DNA of 63,481 nt, counting the filler, from Octopus bimaculoides (lineage: Eukaryota): assembly GCF_001194135.2 (NCBI RefSeq). It is 5 parts of 5 records of this genome, joined end to end, with 100 filler letters (N's around TTAATTAATTAA, not from the genome) between each part and the next. Parts side by side here need not be neighbours in the genome. Positions count along the whole stretch, not along the records: positions 20,341 to 39,788 come from NC_068983.1; positions 39,889 to 57,909 come from NC_068987.1; 3 more parts are not named here. The stretch is one strand, 5' to 3'. The notes under the pieces were generated by a model. That model was not told the DNA's origin and made no database searches. It worked only from the letters and a program-made list of their open reading frames with translations. Shown in pieces: positions 27,565-40,195 of this stretch. Within the stretch, counting starts at the first letter, position 1. Each line of letters opens with the position of its first letter. Position numbers and translations under genes: made by a program.

Positions 27565-28599
27565 NNNNNNNNNNNNNNNNNNNNNNNNNNNNNNNNNNNN
27601 NNNNNNNNNNNNNNNNNNNNNNNNNNNNNNNNNNNNNNNNNNNNNNNNNNNNNNNNNNNNNNNNNNNNNNNNNNNNNNNNNNNNNNNNNNNNNNNNNNNN
27701 NNNNNNNNNNNNNNNNNNNNNNNNNNNNNNNNNNNNNNNNNNNNNNNNNNNNNNNNNNNNNNNNNNNNNNNNNNNNNNNNNNNNNNNNNNNNNNNNNNNN
27801 NNNNNNNNNNNNNNNNNNNNNNNNNNNNNNNNNNNNNNNNNNNNNNNNNNNNNNNNNNNNNNNNNNNNNNNNNNNNNNNNNNNNNNNNNNNNNNNNNNNN
27901 NNNNNNNNNNNNNNNNNNNNNNNNNNNNNNNNNNNNNNNNNNNNNNNNNNNNNNNNNNNNNNNNNNNNNNNNNNNNNNNNNNNNNNNNNNNNNNNNNNNN
28001 NAGAGAGAGAGAGAGAGAGAGAAAATAATTTAGGGACAATTGATAATGTTTTATTAAAAGTACCACCACAAACACCACCGCAACCATCACCATAGAAAGC
28101 TACTATTAACTATTTTCATCTATACTACTTCCGCTACTACAACTACCACCACCGCCATCAGCGCCGCCGCTGGCACCAACACCGCAACAATTTTCTATCA
28201 TTACCACTTCAGTTTCCCCACCCCCACCAATACCACTTCTTACACCCGTATCACACACACACACACACACACATACACACGCATACACAAACACACACAC
28301 ACTCACACATATAAAACGCACTTTAATTGAAATACAGTTTCACCTAAATTAAACATATCTAATATGATAAATGTGAATGTCGGCGTGTAACATTTTTTCA
28401 ACTTTTCTCCTCGAGGCTGTAGCCCAGCATATGCCATTCTGGAACCAGGCTGACTCCGAGAGTAAATTAAAAAGATTCCGCGCCAAATCCGGACCTGCAA
28501 TCCTGAAAATTAGGATTTCTGCGAATGCTTTCGGCGAGTGTTTAACATGATTTTTAGCGACGAAAATGACCATCATAGTGATATGATTGCTACAAATTC

Positions 28600-29664
28600 T
28601 CCAAAAAAAAAGGAAAGATCTGTTTGCAGATATTTTCGTTTCAGTCATTTGACCTCAGGCAATCTGGGGAATATGTAAAATGATTGACCATCTCAAAACC
28701 GCAGTCACGCACAGAAGCCGTTGAAACCAAGCACTTGTATGTTGGAACCTTGCCCTGATAAAACAAAACCCCTTTCGTCAGTTTTTCTGGGCGTTCGGTC
28801 TTGATGACCTCAGCAAATTGACATTTGGTCTTAATTTTTTGCAGCAAATTTGCGTGGCTCTTTTAAAGATAGTCAATAAACACAATGCATTTTGTATCCT
28901 TAACAACTGAGGCTATCACTATCCCTGCTGATAAAATGACATTGTCCTTCTTTACGGCAGGAGGAAAGGTATTTGCTTTGCATCAATTGCCTCTTTTCTT
29001 CTGGTTGAAAGTGATGAACTCAACACATATCTTGGCTAAATAAACGTTCAAGATAACAAGCTAGATTTTGCCTGAAGCAACGTTAGATTTTCCCCTGATG
29101 TCATCCACCTGCTGCGCTTTTGATCAGATTTTGAAGACGTGCCACACACCTTCGTCATGCCAACTTCATTGTGCAGAATATTCTGAACTCTCATGGGTCA
29201 TACTAATAGCATTGGCTGATTGATTTATAGTCAGTGAATCATCGGTCATCCGTTAGCATGTGAAAACGATCAATGAGTTCTTTGTTGGTGGCAGTTTTAG
29301 GATGTTCAGACGTTGCGTTATATGCAAGCCTCTCCCTACTCCTAATTTCTGCATCTCACTGTTACACTGCCTGATAAAGCTGGACCGTCATCCCATAACG
29401 TAGCAACCATGTCAACATGAATGTTCTAAGGGATAAACCCATTTTCTCTACGTAATTGATAACACCATGATAACAAAATTTGTCCAGTTTCAAAAGAAGT
29501 TGCTACCAGTAGCGTTTGAATTGTTCTTTGAACAGTCAACTATCGGTTTACATGCAAAGAAACAATACAGTTATTTATGAGTGTTGAAATAAATGCATTC
29601 AAGATTTAACAGCTCTACCATCTCTCCTTTATAGTCAGGCTATGAACGTTGAGCCACCCTCGTA
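28600..29664 (-). mobile_element. Degenerate mariner transposon
   Basis: Minus ORF IKTERPEKLTKGVLFYQGKVPTYK...HFTYSPDCLRSND corresponds to the LFHQDNAPAH...PYSPDLAPSD motifs; TIR-like gagccaccctcgta ends at 29664. Confidence 0.8.
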
Positions 29665-29754
29665 ACCCTACCTACCTACATACAGGTATGTGTGTGTGAG
29701 CGAAAAGGAGAGAGAGAGAGAAAGAGAAAGAGATAGAGAGAAATAGAGAGAGAG

Positions 29755-29786
<32 letters not shown>

Positions 29787-29867
29787 TGAATGATGATGTG
29801 AGTTGTATAATTTAAACAAATACTGCATCCCAACAGAGATTAGACAGGGCCCAGTCTTAATTTTCAG

Positions 29868-29911
29868 TTAAAGATTATTACATCAGCGCTAATCAGAGAC
29901 ATTCGGTGTAA
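29868..29911 (+). CDS. Candidate terminal exon, phase 1: VKDYYISANQRHSV*
   Basis: tcttaattttcag acceptor at 29867; TAA at 29909-29911; AATAAA at 30021-30026. Confidence 0.3.
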
Positions 29912-30125
29912 GAAAGAGTCTCCAATCCACTCTGTTTGTAATATAAGGATCGGTTACTAACAATAAAATATATAGCTGCATATACCAGACAGTGTAGAAT
30001 AGTCTAGATTTATTCTGAGTAATAAAGATAAAATTGTCCCCAACAAGCAACGCTGTCGATGACAATAATAATTGCAATATACACGTAGTTGCTTTTCCGG
30101 TTGTGTAATTCTATGCCATTTTTAG

Positions 30126-30202
30126 TTGAGCTAAACTTTGATGAAAATAAACGAAGCCGTGGCGATCCCAAGTTTTTAAAATTTCTGCAGTCGCAAATGT
30201 AA
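30126..30202 (+). CDS. Candidate terminal exon, phase 1: VELNFDENKRSRGDPKFLKFLQSQM*
   Basis: aattctatgccatttttag acceptor at 30125; 25 sense codons counting the split first codon, protein-like and CpG-containing, in AT-rich flanks; TAA at 30200-30202. Confidence 0.4.
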
Positions 30203-31184
30203 TTATGCTTTCTATGACTACAAGTATCACCTTGAAGTAAAACATAGCAAGTATAATAACAGAAACAATACTTTACAAGGAAATTACATCCACTCTTCTA
30301 TACATCGACTTCTTTGATTAAAATTGCAGTAATCTTTCATTTGTAAATTTAACAAAAAAAAAAAAAAAAAAAGACAATCTCGTACACAATGTAGAATGTC
30401 TTCTTTGGCCTCACGTTCACAAACAGCAACAGACTGCTGTCTGCTTAAATACGAGTGTGATGCTGTTTTAAATGAGCGGCAGCATGACACTTGGGGGACA
30501 CAACTATGACTTCTTTTCCTTTTATAAGTATAGCAGTAAAATAATTTTATGTACTGATTTCTATTTATTTGCAAACACGTGTGGAGACATTAACAGAAAG
30601 ACCACACCCTTAGCTACCCCAAGATGCCATCGAACTGTTTAACCATTTAAGGGGAACAAGTTTGCTTGTAATTTCTTATTGTGTATGGGTTTGTGCCTGT
30701 GTATGTATGAGTGTATGTATATGTGTAAGTGTGTGTGCTTTTTGTGTGCGTGTGTATGCGTGTGTGTGTGTGTGTATGTGTGTCCATATTCCGTCCCATA
30801 AAGTTCATTTTCTCCCGATCATTCCCTCTCTTCAGTCGTATTTTCCAATCCAGGAGCTCTAACGGTTTTTCATTGTTCCATTCCTCTCTCACTCCACACT
30901 ACAGTCCCAAACCTATTTCAGTGCATATTTCCCGTTTGTTCAGTAGTGACAGCCATATTTTCTCGTTTCCTCGGAAGGATAGATTAAACATGCTTTACCC
31001 AATGAAACTACATCAATCGACAATTTATAGAGTCTCTTTATAGAGTTAAGTATTTGCGTTCACTTCATTATATATCCCATATTATTTTATGGATATGAAT
31101 ATAGAGATATGACGGTAACTATTCAGAAACAATAAAAGTGTGTATTTATATATATTGTTGGTTTTCGTGTCTAAATTAGAAGCA

Positions 31185-31235
<51 letters not shown>

Positions 31236-32539
31236 CTATAAAAGACAGTTTGTATGTGTGTGTTTTTTTTTGTGTATGTGAGCATGTGTGTGTATGTGCG
31301 TATGTTCCTTATGCATTCCAAACCGAGTTGCCGATTTTGACGTAAGGAGCATCAAATGATTCATTAAGCTACCGACTAAGCTATATTTTTATTCACATAT
31401 TTACATTACAACAATTTAGCATTATCATTTTTCTTTTAGTCACCTATCCTAAACTACATTTTATATCACCACCCAACAACGATGTCGTCACATTTTCTGT
31501 ATGAGCATCTTCACGCGTTCGTTACCTACATTAGACCGATGAGTGACATGAATGTGCTTGACGGTGTATGTCCCTGTCTGTATACATACATTTTTGTTAC
31601 GACTGACACGCACACATACACACATACATATCTAAAGACAGAGACACACACTCAGAGACAGAGGCAGGCTTCAGGTGTGTGTTAATGTATGTGTTAGTTT
31701 ATATATGTAACTTCCACTCCACTCCCAACAGTGAAACGCACCGATATTGAAAGTTTGCCTGCGGCCTGGACTTTAAACGAACAACAACATTCACTTTATT
31801 CGCAAATATATCTGGAAAAATTGTGATTCTGGTTATTATAACAAATTCGGAAACTTGGCGAAGTAGAAAGCTTCAGCGGCTCTTTCAATATAGTTACAGA
31901 AATGTTACTCCACTCCTAGCCAGTTTCAGGATAATGTCATTTTTTAACAGTCCTTGTATTTCTCTTATGCTTCTTCCTCACTGTGGGTATCAACGTCGCA
32001 CAACCTTTTTACTGTGTTAGTCAGTATTTATTTTATAGCCTATAACGTTACAGTTAAAAAATATATGGTAATGTCAAATTAATTTATATCATGCTACATA
32101 CATCCTTCAGCAAAAAATTTAAATTAACGTTCACAACGAAAGCATCTTCCTTTCTTTACAGTTAATTCAGCTTTCGTTTTAATGTTGTAAAATAAATTAC
32201 TTCTGTATGAATAATTGAATTATGCCTTCTGAATTTTCTTGTACTTTATTTTTATTTCGCCGTGACATAACATTTATTGCATGTTCCAAATAAATGTTGA
32301 CTTTCTGTACTTTCTCACACTGGTAGCGTATACTAACTCCTAATCGGTGACTCACCATTTTTTATAGCATAACTATGCTACACAAAGTGCGTTTTGCACC
32401 TACATTAACTACATATCGTTTCGCTTGAACTTCGTGTGTGTACGTTTTGCTGTTTTCAAAATTATGAATTCTCTGAGTGTGTGTGTGTTTCTGCGTTCGT
32501 TATAGTAATAATCTATAGTAATCTATAGTAAAGAACAAT

Positions 32540-32990
32540 TTACGCTATTTTAATGAGCAACAACTAATGAAGTAGCCATCTGTATGGTTGGTGATCCCCA
32601 TGAAAATCATGATATTATCATTCGTTTTCGAGATAACAAACTTACACGTGTTTCGCAGTCTCATCCCTCTTATGTTACATTCCAGTATACTCTTATTCTG
32701 TGGAATGGACAAATGGGTATCGTTTCAATATTCCACAGATTGAAACTGCAACAGGATAGCAAATTACAATCAGTAAGGTGTCGTCAAATGACTTCCACTC
32801 TTTGCAATTGATGTTAAGACCAGAACAATCAAATCAAATGAACTTTATTTTTATTTATATATTTTCTACATTATCTCAACAAACAACTACTGATATTTCA
32901 TATACACTACTCTACAATATCCACGTTTCATTAGAAAATGAAAATAGTTTCTCACTTTCAGTTTGAACCGAAATTACAAGGTGTTGCATT
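32540..32990 (+). mobile_element. Helitron Rep/helicase N-terminal relic
   Basis: TTNEVAICMVGDPHENHDIIIRFRDNKLTRVSQSHPSYVTFQYTLILWNGQMG and DFHSLQLMLRPEQSNQM resemble the Helitron PTxxEVA...RDI...HxxYDxLQYPL and FYAYRLMxR motifs; frameshifted. Confidence 0.65.
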
Positions 32991-33868
32991 ACGTGAGTGA
33001 CGATATTTGAATAATGAAATTAATGTTTCTCCGAATTACTCACATCTGCATTATAATAAAGCTGCTTATTATCTATCTACCAAATAAACTATGTTTTTGA
33101 CACAACAATTCTTTTTTACAATTAAAATAACCTTGGCAACTTGGGTGGGTTGCACTATTTTGAGGTCCTTTTCGGACAATCTTTCGATTTGTTTCGTCCG
33201 ATGTTTGACGCATGCGTAGAATTCTACTCAGGCAAGCATTGATGAATTTGTACATATGCGTATTGTATTAAAATAAACCACAAGCATTAAAAGACATCCA
33301 TTTTCCAATATGTTATGAAGAAATACAGTCACTTTCTCTCTCTCTCTCCATCTCTCTCCATCTCTCTCTCTCCATCTCTCTCTCTCTCCATCTCTCTCTC
33401 TCTCTCTCTCACGCACAAAAAGGATGTATGCATATGAAGGTAAAGAATACGCTGCCGGTGTTTAGGGTTAAGATTACGCTGAAAATGTATGTTGTACGTA
33501 TTCTTTACCCCCGCCTATTTGTGTACGTGTATGAAAGATAATGTGTGTGTGAGAGAAAGAGACAGGGAGAGAGAGCGAGTGAGTGCCACTTACACAGAAA
33601 TGTAAAACACTCATACATCGCAACACACACCTTCACTCACTCACTCACTCACTCACTCACTCACTCACTGACTCACTCACTCACTCAGTCAGTCAGTCAC
33701 TCACTCACACACACATTCTCTCTCTCTCATACACACACACACACGTCAATTTCATATACACATACATCATACACTTTCTCTATTTTACTTTCTCCTCTCA
33801 CTTCAACGCAAGTGTCGCCTTTGCACTCTATTCATTCTTTCAATTTCTGCGCTCTTCAAAGCATACAG

Positions 33869-33930
33869 AAATCGAAGGAATTTTACGGAAATTAACGAAC
33901 AATCATATGATTCCATACATGTCGAGTTGA
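33869..33930 (+). CDS. Weak candidate terminal exon, phase 1: EIEGILRKLTNNHMIPYMSS*
   Basis: About 100-nt pyrimidine tract, catacag acceptor at 33868, TGA ends at 33930. Confidence 0.22.
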
Positions 33931-34015
33931 CAACTTTCCTTCGCCAAACGGAAGAATTCCATAAAATAACTTCCTTGCCCACACAACACACACACATATG
34001 CAGACACACACTCAC

Positions 34016-34049
<34 letters not shown>

Positions 34050-35184
34050 TCAAGGTAAAACTTCATAGCAAATTGTGTTATTTCTTGCAGTTTGCACGCG
34101 CAAATTTACAGCACAATTGCAATTGAAATGATGTTTTTCTATCGTGTAATTTGTGTCTGTGATGGGCTAATTCAAAAACCTGATCTTCGATATTGACTTA
34201 AAAGGAAGTCTTCCCGAAATCTTGTGCTTTACCTTTTCTTTCTAGCATGTCCGAGTTGATATTCTCGTATCCCTAAACTTATTTTTGTTCCTAAATTTCT
34301 ACCAATTCCTCTGTTTACGATACAGGAGATTAAGATTGCACCCACAAAACACGTTCTCAATATATATTATAATTTTCTCTCTCTGTAAACCAAATTCAAG
34401 TTTTACTTTTTCAAATTTGTATTCTTGGTACTCCATGGGGAAAAATCAGAGAGTACGAATCTAAGAATTTTACCCATCACCTCATCACTTTCAAAAAGCT
34501 ACACACTCCCAATGTTTCACTTTCAGCTCTCTGGAAAGCGGGGAAGTTTCTTCCGAAATAATGTCATTTAGCTGTTGGTTCTAGCATGTCGGGCTTTCTG
34601 GTGTTAGTCTGGTATTATTTAAGTCTGTTTTGTCAGTAGAATTCTACGCATGCGCGAAACATCAGACGAAAATGAAATATTGGGAGATTTTAGCTTTTTG
34701 AGAGCAGGTAGGTGATAAGTGGGTGAGGTGAGGGAAGGGGTATTAAGTGCTTCTTTAAGAAAAAATTAACTATAAAACTTAGATATATTTCCCAGATTCG
34801 TGATCTCTGTATGTTCTACGTAGATAACTGAAAAAAAAAAGAAAAAATTCGGAAAAATGTTACAAATCAAGAATTTGCGATGGAGATAGGAGACAATTAA
34901 AAATTTGAAAGCGTGATATCTGGACAAAATCGTATTAACCCCCTTTTATACAATGAAACAGTACGTAGTTTCTATTCCTTCGTAAGAACAGAAAGCACTT
35001 TCATGCAAACCCATGCACATTGTACTCACGCCCTTCACTATTAAATAAACAATAACGTCCTTTATTCCAATAACTATATATCAGCTTTGCCGATTCTATC
35101 CATAAGAAAAGAGCAAATGATACAATGTGTGTTTGTAGGTCATAACACGCGGGCAACGCCAGGATGCACTGTTCGAGTGTGTGC

Positions 35185-35215
<31 letters not shown>

Positions 35216-35264
35216 CATACATACATACGTACATACACAAACAGATATATATATATATATATAT

Positions 35265-35361
<97 letters not shown>

Positions 35362-36000
35362 GAGAGATTAGATAGATATATAGAAGAAGACTGAATTGTT
35401 TGACTGCCTGAAGCCGCTTCTTTATATCATTGAAATATTTGCCTACGCTTCTATTTCGTTTAACTTATTGAAAACTATAAAACTAACTGTAATTCTAAAC
35501 AGCCGATTGTTAACTCAGAATATGTATTCAATATGATATGCTTTTCAACTGGCTACACTGTACCATGTGATACGCTAATTAGTGGAGTATAAAAACAAAT
35601 ATAAGTATCCATGCCTTTTCATATACTTCAAACAGTGGAGATCATGCACAACAATTGGACTACATATCTGTAAATATATTAATACAAATGAGAAATAATA
35701 GACATATTAATAACACAGAAGGAAATAGTTGATTTATGCACACACAAACGCAGACACAATCGTATTCATTTGCAATACCAAAATCTACATTGCATTCCTT
35801 GCGTCATATGGGAAATACATATGATATGATCGTCTCAAGGAAGTTAACATTTCATAAATAATATACACAATACATAGACTCACACATGAGTAAGGGTGCG
35901 TATTTATAAACATAGAATATATTTACGTTTTATTCAAAGTGAGTGAATTTCTAAGTAGCGTATAATTTGATCCTTTCATCAAGCACTCAATTACTCTCAG

Positions 36001-36060
36001 CAGATTGTGGTCACAGAAATAAATATCTCAACGCACCTACCATTGGACGTTTTATTGTGT
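36001..36060 (+). CDS. Candidate 60/57-nt exon with NAGNAG acceptor, phase 1: (A)DCGHRNKYLNAPTIGRFIV
   Basis: ttactctcag|cag tandem acceptors (36000/36003), consensus gtaagt donor at 36061, both lengths divisible by 3; phase 0 is also open. Confidence 0.3.
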
Positions 36061-36471
36061 GTAAGTGAAACCTGAAAGATTAGTAATTTCACTCTGGGAA
36101 AGAATAATCAGTGAATGCTACTGCTGAATTTCGTGGATCTGTTTGCAAGGAAGCCCCATTTAGCCAACCAAGAATCGGCTTTAACTCCAGGTACGGGCGG
36201 TGCGTTGTGCAAATATTTAATCACTCTAAGTACATCATTTGAGCAGATTGTTCTGCAAGTAATTGCAGAATCCTCTTTTTCGAACTACCAAAAGCTAGCA
36301 CCATGTGTGTGTGTGTGCGTGTGTGTGTGTGTGCGCGCGTGCGTATGTGTTTGTGTGTGTGTGTGTGTGTCTGCGCGCGCGCGTGTGAGTGTCTGCGTGA
36401 GTGCATTTGGTGATCTAAGCAGGAAATTAGTCAAACATATCTCATCACTTGAATCATTGTAGATTACATAC

Positions 36472-36552
<81 letters not shown>

Positions 36553-36689
36553 TGCGTGTGTGTGTGTGTGTGTATGTGTTTGTGTGTGTGTGTGTATGCG
36601 TGCGCGCGTGTGAGTGTCTGTGTGTGTGTGTGTCTGTGTGTATGTGTGTGTGTTTGTGTGTGTAAATATATATATATCATCTCAGTGTA

Positions 36690-37090
36690 ACGAATCAACA
36701 CCTAGGAAAGACTGAAAGAATTAAAACTCCTGTCCCGAGAATCAAGATTTGCAGTGATATACATCTGGAAAATCCTGGTAGGCCTTGTACCAAACTTCGA
36801 CATTGAAAGTTATACAAAGAGAAGAACGGGGCTCCACTGCATAGTGACAAATGCTCCAGCATGTCCATGAAAATACAAGACCATTTACAATAAAAGTTTG
36901 TGTTTCAAGGGCTCACAGCTCTTCAATATTCTTCCAAAATTCTTGAGAGACCTGCATGGTGTGGATGTAGGAGTCTTCAAAATGAAATTGGATGTACTCC
37001 TGTCAAGAGTTCCAGATAAGCCTACCTCACGTCAAAAACCACAGATGAGGTCAGCAGCATCAAACTTCCTCGTTCACCAAAGGCCACATA
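36690..37090 (+). mobile_element. CR1/L2-like LINE 3' ORF2 fragment
   Basis: ERLKELKLLS...VIYIWKILVGLVPNF...FKGSQLFNILPKFLRDLHGVDVGVFKMKLDVLLSRVPD, typical post-RT CR1 tail. Confidence 0.75.
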
Positions 37091-37518
37091 TCAGAGGAGG
37101 TTTCAAATAATGGTGCAGCACAGTCAAGGGTAGTACCACAACATGATCACAGCATGTATGTATGTATATATAAAATAACAAAATGGGACAAGAACAACCG
37201 AATACTTAGGTGATACAAAAATGGGACAACAAAACATCCAGATAGACGATACATAGAAAACAAGGACGGGTCATTGGAAGTCTTCTTTCCTCAGTCGAGT
37301 ACCAGATTATCTTCGCATTTCGGCTGATTATACTCGAGATTGCTCCAATTTGGCCAGCTCGAAGGAAAAACTAAGCAAAGAGCATTAGATTCCTTGGAGG
37401 AAAGCAGCGAGTGTATACAAAAACTAGGACGAAAAAAAAAAAACGGACAATGTTACACAAATACAATAAAAATAATAACAGGACATAACAATATAGATAG
37501 TTAGATAGATAGATAGAC

Positions 37519-37775
37519 ACAAGAATAAGAGGAATGACCAGCAAATGTGGATTGCTGAATGCTAGAAATAGATGCCGAATCATCCAACCACGAAAAAGAA
37601 TGTTCTCAGTAGAAAACATCAGCGACACAACAGACTGTAAATGTCTTACTCATTTACAGTCTGTTGTGTCGCTGATTTTTTCTACTGAGAACATTCTTTT
37701 TCGTGGTTGGATGATTCGGCATCTATTTCTAGCATTCAGGACTCCACATTAGCTGGTCATTCCTCTTATTCTTGT
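37519..37775. repeat. Long fold-back inverted repeat, about 125-bp arms, 7-nt loop
   Basis: 37519-37643 is the reverse complement of 37651-37775 with about 4 substitutions and 1 indel; loop tcttact. Confidence 0.95.
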
Positions 37776-39754
37776 ATGTAATATAATTTTAATCTTCGGA
37801 TTTTTTAATATGCTAGACCACTGGTTTTAATTGATCAATATCAATTTCTACCCTCATTAATAATTTTTTAGATAGATAGATACATAGATAGATAGATAGA
37901 TAGATAGACAGATAGATCGATAGATATGCATTTGCTACACACTGGTATTTTTCAACCAAACCAAAACTTCTTACATATTTAAAGCTAATTTTGTCCTTCT
38001 TTTGTTAGGAATCATGATAGAAATTGCACTCGCAATAGACCTGATATGCAATTTATCTAACTCTGTAGGGGTATTATGCACTTCCATAGTATTTATATGT
38101 ATATGTGCACAGGTATACGAAGAAGGTTATATGCGCGCACACATACACACGTACACACACATACATACATTTTTGTTTCATGTTGAATATGCTTCTGTAT
38201 AAATTGACTATGTTTATATATTTACTTTATACTCATAGAAATATTGTTGACATCAACTAAATAATTTCGTGTATATCTGTTCTATATATTTATCAGTAAT
38301 AGCAAATCTCTTATATCTCTTGATTGGATAGTAATAATGGTTTTTAGATGTTTAGAATCAAAGGTATGTATTTTCCATGAAGGAAATCATCTTCGCTTAT
38401 ATAATAAAATTATTATTTGGTGTTCTTGTGTTAGATATAAAATAACGATTTTTATTATATTGGCAAACACATTCTGAGAGATACATGAATTATTGATGAC
38501 ACAACTTTAGGGCAATCATTTGAGATGTAGGTTTGGATGACGGGCTTATAATGCCGAATTCTACTTACTGAACTGATTACTGTCTTTATACATACAAACA
38601 CACATTCACTTACTTCTATCTATCTATCTATCCATCGAAATGCGTGTATATATNNNNNNNNNNNNNNNNNNNNNNNNNNNNNNNNNNNNNNNNNNNNNNN
38701 NNNNNNNNNNNNNNNNNNNNNNNNNNNNNNNNNNNNNNNNNNNNNNNNNNNNNNNNNNNNNNNNNNNNNNNNNNNNNNNNNNNNNNNNNNNNNNNNNNNN
38801 NNNNNNNNNNNNNNNNNNNNNNNNNNNNNNNNNNNNNNNNNNNNNNNNNNNNNNNNNNNNNNNNNNNNNNNNNNNNNNNNNNNNNNNNNNNNNNNNNNNN
38901 NNNNNNNNNNNNNNNNNNNNNNNNNNNNNNNNNNNNNNNNNNNNNNNNNNNNNNNNNNNNNNNNNNNNNNNNNNNATATATAGATAGATAGATAGATAGA
39001 TATATATACTGTATAGAGACACATGAACACATAACCAAGCGTACATACCCATACCCACATATAACCCTATCAAATATGTCCATTTCCAAGTGAGATTATC
39101 TTCACCTTTTTAATGCGACTCTACTCTATACTGTTTTCTTCCTTCATCCTTCTCGAACTCCCGTTCTCCCCTCTCTCTTTCACCATTGTCTGTCTCTCGC
39201 TTCCTTCTTTCTCTTTTTCTTTCTCTTGTTGCTCACATGTGACCATCGTCCAACTTTGTCTTCCTCACGTGACTATTTTGCTTTTCCTACACGGACGTTC
39301 AAAACACTGGACGTTTTATTTCTCTCTCTTCTATCTTTTCTCTTTCCACAGAAAATAATTCTCCCAGTGTTCACTATTTCCCCTCGTTCTGGTCTAAAGA
39401 CTCTCGATGATTGTTTGTGTTCGGTTTGCCTGTTTGTTCCCGTTCTGTTTGCTTGTATGTCTCCACTGTCCTGTCATTGTTCCCAACTTTGACCCTCCAT
39501 AATCCCTAAATATTATTTGAGAATATATGGTAGCAACTGTCTTTGAAGACTCATATTGTCTTTGAATGTTCGAAGTGAGGATTAGACAGACAGCCGACAT
39601 TTGATGACGGGTCATTTCTCTGTGTTTATTTGTCCTGTTTTCCATTTTTACTTTGTTTACGTATTTAACTCGTTTGTTCACGTATTTCGTGTTGTTTGCA
39701 CAGTTGGTGACGTCATGTACCCAAATATATACTAAATATTATAATTTCATATAT

Positions 39755-39788
<34 letters not shown>

Positions 39789-39888
39789 NNNNNNNNNNNN
39801 NNNNNNNNNNNNNNNNNNNNNNNNNNNNNNNNTTAATTAATTAANNNNNNNNNNNNNNNNNNNNNNNNNNNNNNNNNNNNNNNNNNNN

Positions 39889-40195
39889 GCCATCGTTTTA
39901 TCATGGTCCGTTGCTGTTCTAGTTTTAGTTTGGATTTCATTTGTTTTATAGCTTTTGTTGTTTCTTCTTCTTCTTCTTCTTCTTCTTCTTCTTCTTCTTC
40001 TTCTTCTTCTTCTTCGTATTTGTTAGGTAGTATGATTTCTTGTTTGTATTTGTCAGCTTCCTTAAATACTGAAAACAGTTTTTTGTTTTGCTCGTGTTTT
40101 GTGGCTATTTGTATTAGTTTTCCTTGCTTCTGGAGTAGGTATTCTTGCAGTCCTATGGTGGTTATTTTATAATAGTTTTCGAGCTGTACTTCATT
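39889..40195 (-). mobile_element. R4/Dong-type LINE post-RT fragment with in-frame (GAA)n expansion
   Basis: QLENYYKITTIGLQEYL...HEQNKKLFSVFKEADKY...poly-E...KQMKSKLKLEQQRTMIKRW resembles the region preceding the R4 REL domain. Confidence 0.65.

Noticed and set aside
550-36190. Naming the host gene (SERCA, kinesin light chain and quaking were considered)
   Set aside because: No peptide matches a sequence I can recognise, and no conserved domain exon is present in the window.
37280-37320. ctgagga...cttc motif on the minus strand as a ribozyme
   Set aside because: It lacks GAAA and helix I pairing.
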